Numbered from the stretch's first letter, positions 9,598-19,445 are shown. The stretch: 64,000 bases of DNA from Lachnospirales bacterium (GCA_047974375.1 JBKECF010000015.1:50185-114184), one strand, 5' to 3'. Translations and numbers: made by a program. Notes: a model not told the origin generated them from the letters alone.

Positions 9598-10547
9598 GCA
9601 CCTCCAACTCCGAAAACTTTAGGTCTTGTGTATCGTTCAATTATAGGCACACACAAATTCATTAATAATATTGAAAAAGATACTCCCTCAGGATATCCTC
9701 CAAAATGACGTATTATAACTGTTAATAAGCCACAACCCAACCCCATAATAATTTTACCTTTAGGTGTAACTGGAGAGCTTGAGTAGTCAGTCGCCATAAA
9801 GAATGCTCCTAACAATACTCCACCCACAAGCAACTCATACAAAGGATACGTTACTGCTATGCTATTCATTGAAAAAAGTTCACTTAATATAAATACCGTT
9901 CCTAAAAAACTTAATGGTACATGCCATGTTATAACTTTACGTATTAATAAATATATACCACCTAACAATAACAATATTGCTGATGTTTCACCTATACAAC
10001 CGGACGTTGTACCAATTAAAGCTTGAATATAATTAATAGCTTCTGGTGCTGTTTCTTGTAATTGAGCCAAAGGTGTTGGAGCCGAGACCGTATCGACTGG
10101 TGCCCATCTTGTCATTTCTATTGGATAAGAAATAAGCAAAAATGCTCTTGCTCCTAGAGCAGGATTTATAAAATTCTGACCTAAACCTCCAAATAGTAGC
10201 TTACAGACCAATATAGCAAATACCCCTCCTACAATTGGTATCCACCAACTTACATAAGCTGATAAATTAAAAGCTAGTAATAAACCTGTAATTATACAAC
10301 TTAAGTCACTAACTGTATTTTTCTTTTTAACTATTTTACAAAATAAATACTCTGTAGCTACGCATGTAACGATACTTAATGTAATTATAAATAAAGCTCT
10401 TATACCAAAAAAAACAACACTTGCAATAGCCGCTGGTGTTAATGCAATTAATACATCTCGCATTACAGTTTCAATGGTTGAATTATCCCTAATATGGGGT
10501 GTAGCTGAAACAACAAATAATTTTTCGTTAGAATTATTCACATTCAT
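9591..10547 (-). CDS. rnfD: Rnf complex subunit D
   Basis: 318-aa polytopic membrane protein of the RnfD/NqrB type (FFMATDYSSSPVTPKG). Confidence 0.9.
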   Translation of the reverse strand: MNVNNSNEKLFVVSATPHIRDNSTIETVMRDVLIALTPAAIASVVFFGIRALFIITLSIVTCVATEYLFCKIVKKKNTVSDLSCIITGLLLAFNLSAYVSWWIPIVGGVFAILVCKLLFGGLGQNFINPALGARAFLLISYPIEMTRWAPVDTVSAPTPLAQLQETAPEAINYIQALIGTTSGCIGETSAILLLLGGIYLLIRKVITWHVPLSFLGTVFILSELFSMNSIAVTYPLYELLVGGVLLGAFFMATDYSSSPVTPKGKIIMGLGCGLLTVIIRHFGGYPEGVSFSILLMNLCVPIIERYTRPKVFGVGGAC

Positions 10548-10556
10548 ACCTCTCTT

Positions 10557-11879
10557 TTATTTTTTTCTTTTTGCTAAACATTTTCTTCTTGCAAACCTTA
10601 TAGACTGGGCTAAATGTCTTTTCGAAGGACATATATACGAACATGAACCACATTCTATACAATCTAGTCCATTATACTTAACGAAGCTATCCATGTCCGT
10701 TTGCTCCACATAATAATTTAAATCAAATGGTAATAACCCCGCTGGACAATGATCTACGCATTTACCACATCTCATGCAATTTCTTTCGTCAGGTATTGTT
10801 ACACTTTTTTCTGACATAAATATATAAGCTGACGATGTTTTTATCAGCGGTATTTCTGTTGTGTAACTTGCCAGTCCCATCATAGGGCCACCGGCTATAA
10901 ACTGATATACCTCTCCCCTATAACCACCTATATCTTCTACTACTTCTTTAAGTGATGTACCTAGCCTTATTTTAAAATTACCAGGCCTGTTTATTGCATC
11001 GCCAGTAAGAGTTACAACCTTTCGCATAAGTGGTCGGCCTCGTTTAAAGGCACGATGTATTGCGATTATAGTGTCTACATTATTTACAATTACACCAATA
11101 TCTGCCGGTAACCCGCCAGACGGAACAACTCGACCTGTACAGGCATAAATTAACTGTTTTTCAGCACCTTGAGGATATTTAGGCTTTAATGCTTTTACTT
11201 CTATGTCGTGCCTATCCCCTATTACTTCATTTAATTTTTCTATAGCATCCAATTTATTCGTTTCTATACCTATAATAGTTTTAGCTTTTGGATGTAGTCT
11301 TTTTACAATATCAATACCCTCGATTATCTTTTCTGTTTCCTCTAGAAGAACCCTATAGTCAGTTGTTAAATATGGTTCACACTCAGCGGCATTTACGATG
11401 AAATAGTCAATAATTCTACCCTTTGGTGGATTTAATTTTACATGAGTGGGAAATCCCGCACCTCCTAAGCCAACTATTCCTGCATCTCTAATCTCATTTA
11501 GTATTTCTCCTTGAGTCATTATGTTTGGATTTTTAGGTTTGTTCAAGCTCTCTAACTCTGTATATTCCCCATCATTTTCTATAACTACAGAAGTTATCCT
11601 ATTACCATTTGGTGCAACACGTGGTTCAATTTTTTTAACTACACCAGATACTGTTGTATGAATAGGAGAAGAAACATATGCCTCAGAATCAGCTATTTTT
11701 TGGCCTAAAAGTACTTCTTCCCCTTCCTTTACAATGGGTTTACATGGAGCTCCAATATGTTGAAGCATAGGATATACTAATTCACTGCCCTTCCTTGGCA
11801 GAATAGTTTCAATTCGCATATCCTTTGTGTGTTTACTATCATCGGGATGTATACCCCTTTTGAAAGTAAAAGTTTTCAT
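10557..11879 (-). CDS. rnfC: Rnf complex subunit C (NADH-binding, two 4Fe-4S clusters)
   Basis: 440 aa with N-terminus MKTFTFKRGIHP, a GLGGAGFPTHVK nucleotide-binding motif, and CMRCGKCVDHCP plus CIECGSCSYICP. Confidence 0.92.
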   Translation of the reverse strand: MKTFTFKRGIHPDDSKHTKDMRIETILPRKGSELVYPMLQHIGAPCKPIVKEGEEVLLGQKIADSEAYVSSPIHTTVSGVVKKIEPRVAPNGNRITSVVIENDGEYTELESLNKPKNPNIMTQGEILNEIRDAGIVGLGGAGFPTHVKLNPPKGRIIDYFIVNAAECEPYLTTDYRVLLEETEKIIEGIDIVKRLHPKAKTIIGIETNKLDAIEKLNEVIGDRHDIEVKALKPKYPQGAEKQLIYACTGRVVPSGGLPADIGVIVNNVDTIIAIHRAFKRGRPLMRKVVTLTGDAINRPGNFKIRLGTSLKEVVEDIGGYRGEVYQFIAGGPMMGLASYTTEIPLIKTSSAYIFMSEKSVTIPDERNCMRCGKCVDHCPAGLLPFDLNYYVEQTDMDSFVKYNGLDCIECGSCSYICPSKRHLAQSIRFARRKCLAKRKK

Positions 11880-12298
11880 TATATCACCTCTATCAAAAAA
11901 TTATTTAAAAATTTCATATAATTCTAAAATTTTTAAATATACAAAATAAAACACCTACATCTTTACATAAAAATCATGTCTAATCAAATGCCATTTCACT
12001 ACTTAAAAAGTGCTGTCATAATCTACACGATTTACGAAAGTTAATATAATTTTAATATATATTTACAGCTTATACAACTATAATAAATTCTATATAACAA
12101 AAAAACTGTTATATTTTGAATTCTTTTCAATTAATTTCATCCATAGCTTTGTCTTTTTTTTATATTATTTTTTGCGTAATATGTGTTCAAGTAAATTCTA
12201 AACATTAATTTTTTAGTTTTTTTTATTTTTTTATTCCAATCTATATTTTATATGTTAAATTATATATATAATTTTGAATTTAATTATTGGAGGTAGAA

Positions 12299-12940
12299 AT
12301 GAACATTTTTGATATTGTAGGTCCAATTATGATTGGACCATCCAGTTCACATACAGCTGGTGTCGTTCGTATTGGGCAGATATGCAATAAAATTTTTGGC
12401 AAAGCAGATAAATATGAAATAATTTTTTACGAATCTTTTGCTAAAACATATAATGGCCACGGTAGTGATAAAGCAATTATAGGTGGTTTATTAAATATGA
12501 ATCCATGGGATGATAACTTACCAAAGGCTCTAGAAATAGCTAAGAAAAAAAACATGAATTACACAATGAGTACTAGTACCGACAAAAGCGAACATCCAAA
12601 TGCTGTTTTAGTTAAAGCCAATAATACTTCTGTTTTAGGATTTTCAGTCGGTGGAGGAAATATACTAATAAAAAAAATAAATGATGTAAATGTAGAAATT
12701 GATGGCAAATACGATACAATTTTTATAAATCATATAGACGAACCTGGAGTAATACATGAAGTGACTGAAGTATTATATAAATATGCAATTAACATTGCTA
12801 ATATGAAGGTCTATCGTTCTGAAAAAGGTGGTAATGCTATTATGATTATTGAAATTGATGGCACAATTAACCCAAATGTTACCCAAGAACTTAATAGTAA
12901 ATGCAAAATAAACAAAAGCACAATAATTCCATCAATATAA
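12299..12940 (+). CDS. sdaAB: L-serine dehydratase, iron-sulfur type, beta subunit
   Basis: MNIFDIVGPIMIGPSSSHTAG with an ACT-like C-terminus. True start is ATG 12299 after GGAGG; the track start at 12287 is a TTG inside the RBS. Confidence 0.88.
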   Translation: MNIFDIVGPIMIGPSSSHTAGVVRIGQICNKIFGKADKYEIIFYESFAKTYNGHGSDKAIIGGLLNMNPWDDNLPKALEIAKKKNMNYTMSTSTDKSEHPNAVLVKANNTSVLGFSVGGGNILIKKINDVNVEIDGKYDTIFINHIDEPGVIHEVTEVLYKYAINIANMKVYRSEKGGNAIMIIEIDGTINPNVTQELNSKCKINKSTIIPSI

Positions 12941-12952
12941 GAAGGTGATAAT

Positions 12953-13816
12953 ATGAATACAATAGCAGAACTAATAAAGTCAGCAGAAGAAAAAAACACA
13001 ACAATATCTCAAATAATACTCAATGAAACAATAGAAAAAGATGAAATTAGCAAAGAAGAAATATTAAAAAGGATGTCAGAAAGTTTTTTAGTAATGGAAG
13101 AATCTATAGAAAAAGGATTAGAAAAAGACATTAAATCCTTAAGTGGTCTTACTGGTGGCAATGCTTATTTAATGAACAACAGCACTTCAAATTTTTCCGG
13201 CAGCTTTACTAAAGACATAATTTCATATGCTTTAGCAGTTACAGAAGTTAATGCATGTATGGGGAAAATTGTTGCTGCGCCAACCGCAGGTAGCTGTGGC
13301 ATTTTACCAGCCTGTCTTTGTGTATTGAAAAAACATAACAATATTCCAAATAAAAAAATTATTATGTCACTTTTAAATGCAAGTGGTATTGGTATGGTTA
13401 TTGCAAAAAATGCCTCTATTTCAGGTGCTGAAGGTGGATGCCAAGCAGAATGCGGCAGTGCAAGTGCCATGGCGGCTAGTGCTATAGTAGAAATACTAGG
13501 AGGTACACCAGAAATGTGTGGCCATGCCATTGCTCAGGCCATAAAAAGCCAAATGGGATTAGTCTGTGACCCTGTAGCGGGTCTTGTAGAAGAACCTTGT
13601 ATAGTAAGAAACGTAAGCAGTAGCATTATAGCCGTAACTTCTGCCGAAATGTCACTAGCTGGAATTAAGTCTATAATACCGGCAGATGAGGTAATATCTG
13701 CCATGGATTCAGTAGGCAAACAAATTCCACCTGCATTGCGTGAAACATCTTGCGGTGGACTCGCCGTAACTAAAACTGGATTAGAAATAAAAAACAGACT
13801 TTACTCACATTCGTAA
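12953..13816 (+). CDS. sdaAA: L-serine dehydratase, iron-sulfur type, alpha subunit
   Basis: 287 aa with cysteine-rich motifs (GSCGILPA, GGCQAECGSASAMAA). Directly follows sdaAB. Confidence 0.88.
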   Translation: MNTIAELIKSAEEKNTTISQIILNETIEKDEISKEEILKRMSESFLVMEESIEKGLEKDIKSLSGLTGGNAYLMNNSTSNFSGSFTKDIISYALAVTEVNACMGKIVAAPTAGSCGILPACLCVLKKHNNIPNKKIIMSLLNASGIGMVIAKNASISGAEGGCQAECGSASAMAASAIVEILGGTPEMCGHAIAQAIKSQMGLVCDPVAGLVEEPCIVRNVSSSIIAVTSAEMSLAGIKSIIPADEVISAMDSVGKQIPPALRETSCGGLAVTKTGLEIKNRLYSHS

Positions 13817-13846
13817 ATATAATTCTAAAACATTTAAATATAGAAT

Positions 13847-13881
13847 GACGAGTAATAATGAATTTTCCATTACTACTCGTC
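13847..13881. terminator. Bidirectional terminator hairpin between convergent sdaAA and the glycoside hydrolase gene
   Basis: GACGAGTAATAATG...CATTACTACTCGTC: a 14-bp stem with one mismatch. Confidence 0.6.
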
Positions 13882-13894
13882 AACCTATTAGCTA

Positions 13895-15136
13895 CTAATT
13901 TCCTATAGGTTGCTTTCCGTCCAACTCATCTATCATATTTAAAACAAGCATATTCCAATTTAAAAAACCACCATTCATAACGGGATTTCCATTAAATGGA
14001 TTATAATATTCATGCAAGGATCCGGATTTTTCTATGTCTTTACCCAAAAGCTCAACTGTTTCATCACAAATTTGTTTAGCCTCTTTTTGGTATCCATAAT
14101 TCATAAGTCCCCTAAAAACTACATAGTTAGCAACAAGCCAAATAGGCCCTAGCCAATTTGACGGATTATTTGTAACAGATAAATTAAACATTTTTTCATC
14201 CTTAGATAAAGTCGTAATACCATATTTTGAAGAGAATGTATTTTCATCGAATATATGCTTAACCATTTCTCTAGCCTGCTCTTCTGTTGCAAAACCAACT
14301 AACATTGGTATAAAACCAGACCATGTTCTTATTTTAATTGGCAAAGTTTTCCAAAAAACACCTAATCCTTCATGAAACCAATCAAACTTTCTAGTTTTTA
14401 TATCTACGTCAACTGAATAAAAAAACTTATCTCTCTTGTCATACATTTCTTTATTTATATTTTCTTTTAATTTAGCAGATTTATTTTTATATACTAAATT
14501 TTCTAAACCATTGTTTGTTAAAATTTTACTCATCGACTCTAATTCTTTTACCATAAAACTATTAAGAAAAATATTAGCAGTAGAAAATTTTGGACGTCCA
14601 AAGGTAGCAGGGTCATTATCCATTCCAATCATAATATCATCTGCCCAGACATACAGCTGGCAATTTTCATTTAAATAATACTCATCATAGCATACAAAAT
14701 ATTTTTCTAGTTGAGGAATATATTTTTTTATCCAGCTATAGTCACTAATATAATCAGAAATTATACATATTTGGTTACACAAAAAAGGTTTATGCATATT
14801 CATAATAATTCCTTCCTTATGCTTTTGATTTAAATAAGGTTCTTCCATATTCTCTAATACAGCTAAAGCCATAGCAATATAACCATCATCCAATTGGTGG
14901 TCTAAAAAATTCAACACATTACCTTTACCATGTTCTATGATTCTATCTTTAATACCACTTTCCTCAGCAATGTTGAGCAAAGAATATAACGACCAATAAG
15001 TGTCCCAATCCCATACATTCCCTTTATACACTGACCCTGGGTCTATAAATGGATATTTAATATAGCCATAGGGATCCTTTAAAGTAGTTTTTATATTTTT
15101 TAATATATATTCCCTAAGTTCTTTTTTATAATTCAT
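13895..15136 (-). CDS. (alpha/alpha)6-barrel glycoside hydrolase, GH63/trehalase-like (MGH1-like)
   Basis: 413 aa, cytoplasmic. Motifs GNVWDWDTYW, DDGYIAM and a C-terminal NPFNG...GFLNWN, typical of GH63/GH37-like barrels. Last gene of a sugar ABC operon. Family assignment is by recollection only. Confidence 0.55.
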   Translation of the reverse strand: MNYKKELREYILKNIKTTLKDPYGYIKYPFIDPGSVYKGNVWDWDTYWSLYSLLNIAEESGIKDRIIEHGKGNVLNFLDHQLDDGYIAMALAVLENMEEPYLNQKHKEGIIMNMHKPFLCNQICIISDYISDYSWIKKYIPQLEKYFVCYDEYYLNENCQLYVWADDIMIGMDNDPATFGRPKFSTANIFLNSFMVKELESMSKILTNNGLENLVYKNKSAKLKENINKEMYDKRDKFFYSVDVDIKTRKFDWFHEGLGVFWKTLPIKIRTWSGFIPMLVGFATEEQAREMVKHIFDENTFSSKYGITTLSKDEKMFNLSVTNNPSNWLGPIWLVANYVVFRGLMNYGYQKEAKQICDETVELLGKDIEKSGSLHEYYNPFNGNPVMNGGFLNWNMLVLNMIDELDGKQPIGN

Positions 15137-15161
15137 ATTAGCACCTCAATTATTTAGTTGA

Positions 15162-15998
15162 CTATCCTTTTATGGCACCTGAAGTCATTCCTTCTATTAC
15201 TGCTTTGTTTAAGAAAAGATACACAATTAAAAGGGGGAAAACACTTAAGGAAATAGAGGCGAAAATCGCACCCCAATTCTTTGAGCCAAATTCATCTTGG
15301 AAATATAATAATCCAGTCATTATCGTTTTAAGTTCCGTACTGCTTATAAATGTCATTGAAAATAATAAATCGTTCCATTTAAAGAAAAATTGAAGTACTA
15401 ACACTGTAACAATTGCATTTTTCATTAAAGGAACAACTACCATAGTCATTAATTTACTAATGCCACACCCGTCAATTACAGCAGCTTCTAATAACTCATT
15501 TGGTAAAGATTTAAAAAATGCTATTGTTAAATATGTGGATAAAGATAATCCGAACGCCACATATGAAATTACTAAACTTGATCGAGTATTGTACAAACCT
15601 ATTGTATTATAAATTTGAAATAAAGGTAAAAGAGCTGTTGTTATGGGAACCATTATCCCTATACCTATTAATCCACGCACGAACTTCCTATATTTCCATT
15701 CCATTTTTGTCAAAGCAAACCCTAGGGTTACAGAAAAAAATACAATAAACACTAATGATATTAAAGTATTAATCAAACTATTTTTGAAGAATGTGGACAT
15801 ATTTCCCCTTGTCCAAGCATCAATATAATTTTGAACATAGAAACCACTATTTAATGCATACGCTGGCTTTGTAACAAATTCAGATGGCTCTTTAAATGAT
15901 GCTGTTAGCATCCAAAAAAGAGGATAAACTGTTATCGCAAGCAATACAACTGTTATTATTGCCGTTAAAACACTAGCAAATTTATTTTTTTTATTCAT
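15162..15998 (-). CDS. Carbohydrate ABC transporter permease (MalG/CUT1 type)
   Basis: 278-aa six-TM protein with an EAA-loop-like ELLEAAVIDGCG. Confidence 0.85.
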   Translation of the reverse strand: MNKKNKFASVLTAIITVVLLAITVYPLFWMLTASFKEPSEFVTKPAYALNSGFYVQNYIDAWTRGNMSTFFKNSLINTLISLVFIVFFSVTLGFALTKMEWKYRKFVRGLIGIGIMVPITTALLPLFQIYNTIGLYNTRSSLVISYVAFGLSLSTYLTIAFFKSLPNELLEAAVIDGCGISKLMTMVVVPLMKNAIVTVLVLQFFFKWNDLLFSMTFISSTELKTIMTGLLYFQDEFGSKNWGAIFASISLSVFPLLIVYLFLNKAVIEGMTSGAIKG

Positions 15999-16012
15999 TT
16001 GTTCACCACTTT

Positions 16013-16894
16013 CTATTCATAATCTACATCAAAAAGATTTATAATACGAGAGCCAACAATACACACAATAAAAACAAATAAAGCAATTACACTGGCATAT
16101 CCTACTTTATTAAATGTAAAAGCAACATTATACATATACATTGAAAGAGATGTTGTTGCTGTGCCAGGACCTCCGCCTGTTAAAGCTAACGATGATTCAA
16201 ACATTTTAACAGTCCCTGTAAAACTAAATATCATACATGTAACTAACATCGGTCTTAAAAGAGGGCCTAGTATGTTTTTAAATAAATTAGGTGCGTTACA
16301 CCCATCAATCTTTGCTGCCTCAATAACCTCTCCTGGTATATCCAATAAGGCACCATAAAAGATAACTGAATAAAATCCCATGGCAACCCAAATATCCATT
16401 ACTGCAAGCGAAGGCAGCGCCGTAGATGATTGCCCAATCCAAGCTTGCACAAATCCATCTAAACCCAATCCATCTAAAAAACTGTTAAGTAATCCATAAT
16501 TTGGTTGAATTTCATATATCTTCGAAAATAGTTGGCCTACAGCCACTGTAGGTATAACTACAGGAAAAAAAATTAAAGTTCGCACAAGATTTTTTCCTTT
16601 TACTAACCAAAACTTAAAAAATAAAGCCAGTAACAGCCCTAGCCCTACTTGTCCAAAAGTTACTGACAATATGTATTTAATATTTACTGTTAAGGCATTA
16701 GTAAAATTTTTATCTTTAAAAATCATTCCGTAATTATTCAAACCCGAAAACTCCCATTTTAGCCCTGGTGACCCTGTGAAAAAAGTGTAATAAAAAGACC
16801 AGAATACAGGTAATATTACAACGGCTAAGTAAAGTAATAATCCTGGTAGCACAAAAAAAGCTATAGCTTTTTTATCACTAAGAACATTCTTCAT
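16013..16894 (-). CDS. Carbohydrate ABC transporter permease (MalF/CUT1 type)
   Basis: EAA loop EVIEAAKIDGCN. Preferred start is ATG 16894 (MKNVLSDKK) preceded by GGAGGT. The track start at 16951 adds 19 residues and runs toward the intergenic repeat. Confidence 0.85.
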   Translation of the reverse strand: MKNVLSDKKAIAFFVLPGLLLYLAVVILPVFWSFYYTFFTGSPGLKWEFSGLNNYGMIFKDKNFTNALTVNIKYILSVTFGQVGLGLLLALFFKFWLVKGKNLVRTLIFFPVVIPTVAVGQLFSKIYEIQPNYGLLNSFLDGLGLDGFVQAWIGQSSTALPSLAVMDIWVAMGFYSVIFYGALLDIPGEVIEAAKIDGCNAPNLFKNILGPLLRPMLVTCMIFSFTGTVKMFESSLALTGGGPGTATTSLSMYMYNVAFTFNKVGYASVIALFVFIVCIVGSRIINLFDVDYE

Positions 16895-16958
16895 ATTTAT
16901 TTTACCTCCATAATTTTTTTTAATATAGTTTAATTTATATTTTTGCTTCATTTTCTAC

Positions 16959-17049
16959 TCTAGTGTTCAGCTTTGCTTTATTGCTTGAGCAACCAACTTC
17001 GCAAAAACTAAGCACTCTGCGTTTATCTGCCGTTCATTGCAATTCTATT
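16959..17049. repeat. Copy A of an intergenic repeat family (core CTTCGCAAAAACTAAGCACTCTGCGTTTATCTGCCGTTCAT)
   Basis: About 50 of 59 core positions are identical to the copy at 19311-19372 (hand count). Related to 18598-18705. Lies between the SBP and permease genes of one operon. Confidence 0.7.
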
Positions 17050-17053
17050 AAGC

Positions 17054-17090
17054 CAAAAAACACTTAGGTGTTTCATATACCTAAGTGTTT
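17054..17090 (-). terminator. Intra-operon hairpin/attenuator just after the SBP gene
   Basis: Perfect 11-bp stem AACACTTAGGT/ACCTAAGTGTT, followed on the minus strand by TTTTTT. Confidence 0.6.
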
Positions 17091-17104
17091 TATATAGTCA
17101 GAAA

Positions 17105-18445
17105 CTAGTTACTCATATTGTATGCATTTTGTATTTGTTCCATATAATCTTCTGGTGTAATTTCTCCATTAATTAATGTTTGAATTTGTTCTTGTGCTAT
17201 TGTTGCCGTTTCACTATTCATTGAAGCTTCAAACCAAGTTGTAGACTTTTCAACCTTCGCTAACTCATCAGCAACTATTTGTGTGTAAGGGCTTAAGTTT
17301 GGTTCAACTGTATATTTGTAGCCAAGAATAGTCCCATAATCTTCCATGCCAGTATTCCCTACATTGTCAACAAAATATTTTAAAAACTCTTTAGATACAT
17401 CATCATATTTACTTTTATCCATAACTAGTATATTGCCGCAGTTCATAGAATATTCATTTTGAGAACTAATGCTATCATCTACAACAGGAACGTTAAAAAA
17501 TCCAACCCCATCCATGCCTGCTGGATTTGTATCTTCATTTAAATCACCAGCAAACCAACTACCATTATATAGCATAGCAGCAGTTCCAGACATTACCATA
17601 TCTCCCGCTGTACCCATATCAACTGTTACTACCCCTTGTCCAAAATAACCTTTGTTCGCCAAATCTTGAATAGCTTTAGCTGATGCAACATATCCTTCGT
17701 CTGTATAAGATGCTTCACCAGTACTAGCTTTTTCCATTGCGTCCACACCCATTGAACGATACGCATAAGCATTAACTAGACGAGTTAAAGGCCATCTATC
17801 AGCCCCTCCTGCTGTAAGCGGTTGTATACCCAAACTATTTAATTCTTCACATACAGCTTCAAATTCCTCCCACGTTGTTGGAACTTCTACACCTGCTGTT
17901 TCAAATAGTTCTTTGTTATACCAAAAGCCCTCTATGTTTAATCCAAGGGGTAAATCATACAAATCTTCTGTTCCAGATAAAGTTTTTAATAAAGATGTAG
18001 CACCATCTTCTAAATTACCATATACTCCTAGATCATTTAATTCAGTTGACATATTTACAAGCTTGTCAGCTTCTATTAAGTCCACTATAGGCCTTCCCGA
18101 TTCGTACGCAAACATGTCAGGCAAATCATTAGAAGCTACTAAAGTCGCAACTTTTTGCTTTAAGCTATCAGAAGAAACTAGTTCGTACTCATAGTTAAAA
18201 TTTTCATTCATATCAGTTTTATAACCTTCCATTAATCCAGTTAATAACTTTCCATAAACTTCATCTTCTGACCAAATTGTAAGCATTTTAAAATTCTTTT
18301 CACCAGAAGTTTCATTTGTACTACTAGTATCATTTTTTGCTGTATCTTCAGTTTTAGCAACCGCATCTTCTTTAGCTCCACAACCTGTAAAAATAGATGT
18401 AGCTATAGTCATTATCGCTAAAGCTGATATAATTTTTCTTTTCAT
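17105..18445 (-). CDS. Sugar ABC transporter substrate-binding lipoprotein
   Basis: Signal peptide with lipobox (IFTGC), family-1 SBP-like. Start is ATG 18445 after GGAGGG; the track start is 4 codons upstream. Confidence 0.85.
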   Translation of the reverse strand: MKRKIISALAIMTIATSIFTGCGAKEDAVAKTEDTAKNDTSSTNETSGEKNFKMLTIWSEDEVYGKLLTGLMEGYKTDMNENFNYEYELVSSDSLKQKVATLVASNDLPDMFAYESGRPIVDLIEADKLVNMSTELNDLGVYGNLEDGATSLLKTLSGTEDLYDLPLGLNIEGFWYNKELFETAGVEVPTTWEEFEAVCEELNSLGIQPLTAGGADRWPLTRLVNAYAYRSMGVDAMEKASTGEASYTDEGYVASAKAIQDLANKGYFGQGVVTVDMGTAGDMVMSGTAAMLYNGSWFAGDLNEDTNPAGMDGVGFFNVPVVDDSISSQNEYSMNCGNILVMDKSKYDDVSKEFLKYFVDNVGNTGMEDYGTILGYKYTVEPNLSPYTQIVADELAKVEKSTTWFEASMNSETATIAQEQIQTLINGEITPEDYMEQIQNAYNMSN

Positions 18446-18597
18446 AAAACCCTCCATTTTTTTAATTATTTAAATATTTTATACTTATAAGATATCATAA
18501 TTTTCTTATTTTTAATGTATACATATGTTGTATTTTGTACAAATTTTACAGATTTTAACATCTAATTACACTTGATATTATAAAAATATTATATTTG

Positions 18598-18705
18598 TCT
18601 GAATTTTTGTTTCGCAAAAACTAAACGCTTTGCGTTTATCTGCTGTTCATTACAGTTCTATTCTGAATTTTTGCTCTGGTCATAAAGCTTTGCTTTATTG
18701 CTCGA
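18598..18705. repeat. Repeat-family units (one complete unit plus the 5' part of a second unit, cut by the IS)
   Basis: TTTCGCAAAAACTAAACGCTTTGCGTTTATCTGCTGTTCATTACAGTTCTATT followed by CTGAATTTTTGCTCTGGTCATAAAGCTTTGCTTTATTGCTCGA. Contains the hairpin AAACGC-TTT-GCGTTT. Confidence 0.7.
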
Positions 18706-19303
18706 CAGACTGTGTCAAAACCTTAAAATATGATATAAAAAAGCGTAAATATCGTTGGAGGTTTTAAAATGAAGTATATACAAAGTGAAAATAGATTTCA
18801 AAAAGTAATGCTACCAGATAGCATTGATGATTATATAAAAGAAGAAAACCCAACTAGAGTAATAGACGCTTTTGTAGAAACATAAATATGGGTGAACTAG
18901 GATTTAAAATAGGAGAGCATGAAAGTGGCAGACCTTCCTATGATCCAAAGGATATGTTAAAACTTTATATATACGGATACTTTAATAAAGTTAGATCAAG
19001 TAGGAAACTAAAAAGAAAAACGAAAATAAACATAGAAGTTATTTGGTTATTAAACAAATTATCCCAAGATCATAAAACGATTTCAAGATTTAGAAAGGAC
19101 AATACAAAGGCTTTAAAGAACACATTTAGAGCCTTTGTTAAAGTATGTCTAAAATTAAATTCGTATAAAAAATAACTAATAGGAAAATTAGGAGTAATAT
19201 AGGAGTCTAATGTTCCCATTAGGTTCTAAAAAATGAAAATTGCTGAGATGTGATTTTGTAAACCTAAAAATTCATATATAAAGTTGAATTTTGACACAGT
19301 CTG
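18706..19303 (+). mobile_element. Internally deleted (MITE-like, ~0.6 kb) IS1182-family element with intact terminal inverted repeats
   Basis: Terminal IRs CAGACTGTGTCAAAA (18706-18720) and TTTTGACACAGTCTG (19289-19303). Flanked by TCGA and TTGA. The uninterrupted repeat copy at 16981-16990 reads TTGCTTGAGC, consistent with a 4-bp target duplication. Confidence 0.75.
18769..19175 (+). pseudogene. IS1182-family transposase, N-terminal part only (frameshift near 18883, truncated at 19175)
   Basis: MKYIQSENRFQKVMLPDSIDDYIKEENPTRVIDAFVET* followed by MGELGFKIGEHESGRPSYDPKDMLKLYIYGYFNKVRSSRKL...HKTISRFRK. This is the typical IS1182/DUF772 N-terminus. The catalytic DDE part is absent. Confidence 0.75.
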
Positions 19304-19438
19304 TTGAGCCTGAAACCAACTTCGCAAACACTAAATGCTTTGCGTTTATCTGCCGTTCATAGCTGTTTTATTCTAAGTTTTTTAACCCATATAAACTAAA
19401 TGCTCTGCATTTAGTTACCATTTCACCAAAGTTCTATA
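19304..19438. repeat. Repeat-family units (3' part of the interrupted unit plus one more unit)
   Basis: TTGAGCCTGAAACCAACTTCGCAAACACTAAATGCTTTGCGTTTATCTGCCGTTCAT... The next unit carries a perfect 10-bp hairpin AACTAAATGC-TCT-GCATTTAGTT. Confidence 0.7.
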
Positions 19439-19445
19439 AAGAATA

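Noticed and set aside
4173-13719. Long antisense ORFs overlapping purE, guaB, rnfB, rnfE, rnfG, rnfC/D and sdaAA. Examples: 4173-4463, 6030-6395, 7509-7862, 8772-9095, 9077-9517, 10474-10713, 13165-13530, 13534-13719.
   Set aside because: Each is fully embedded opposite a gene with unmistakable family signatures. They are the usual shadow frames, enriched in Ser/Pro/Ile low-complexity sequence. There is no independent support.
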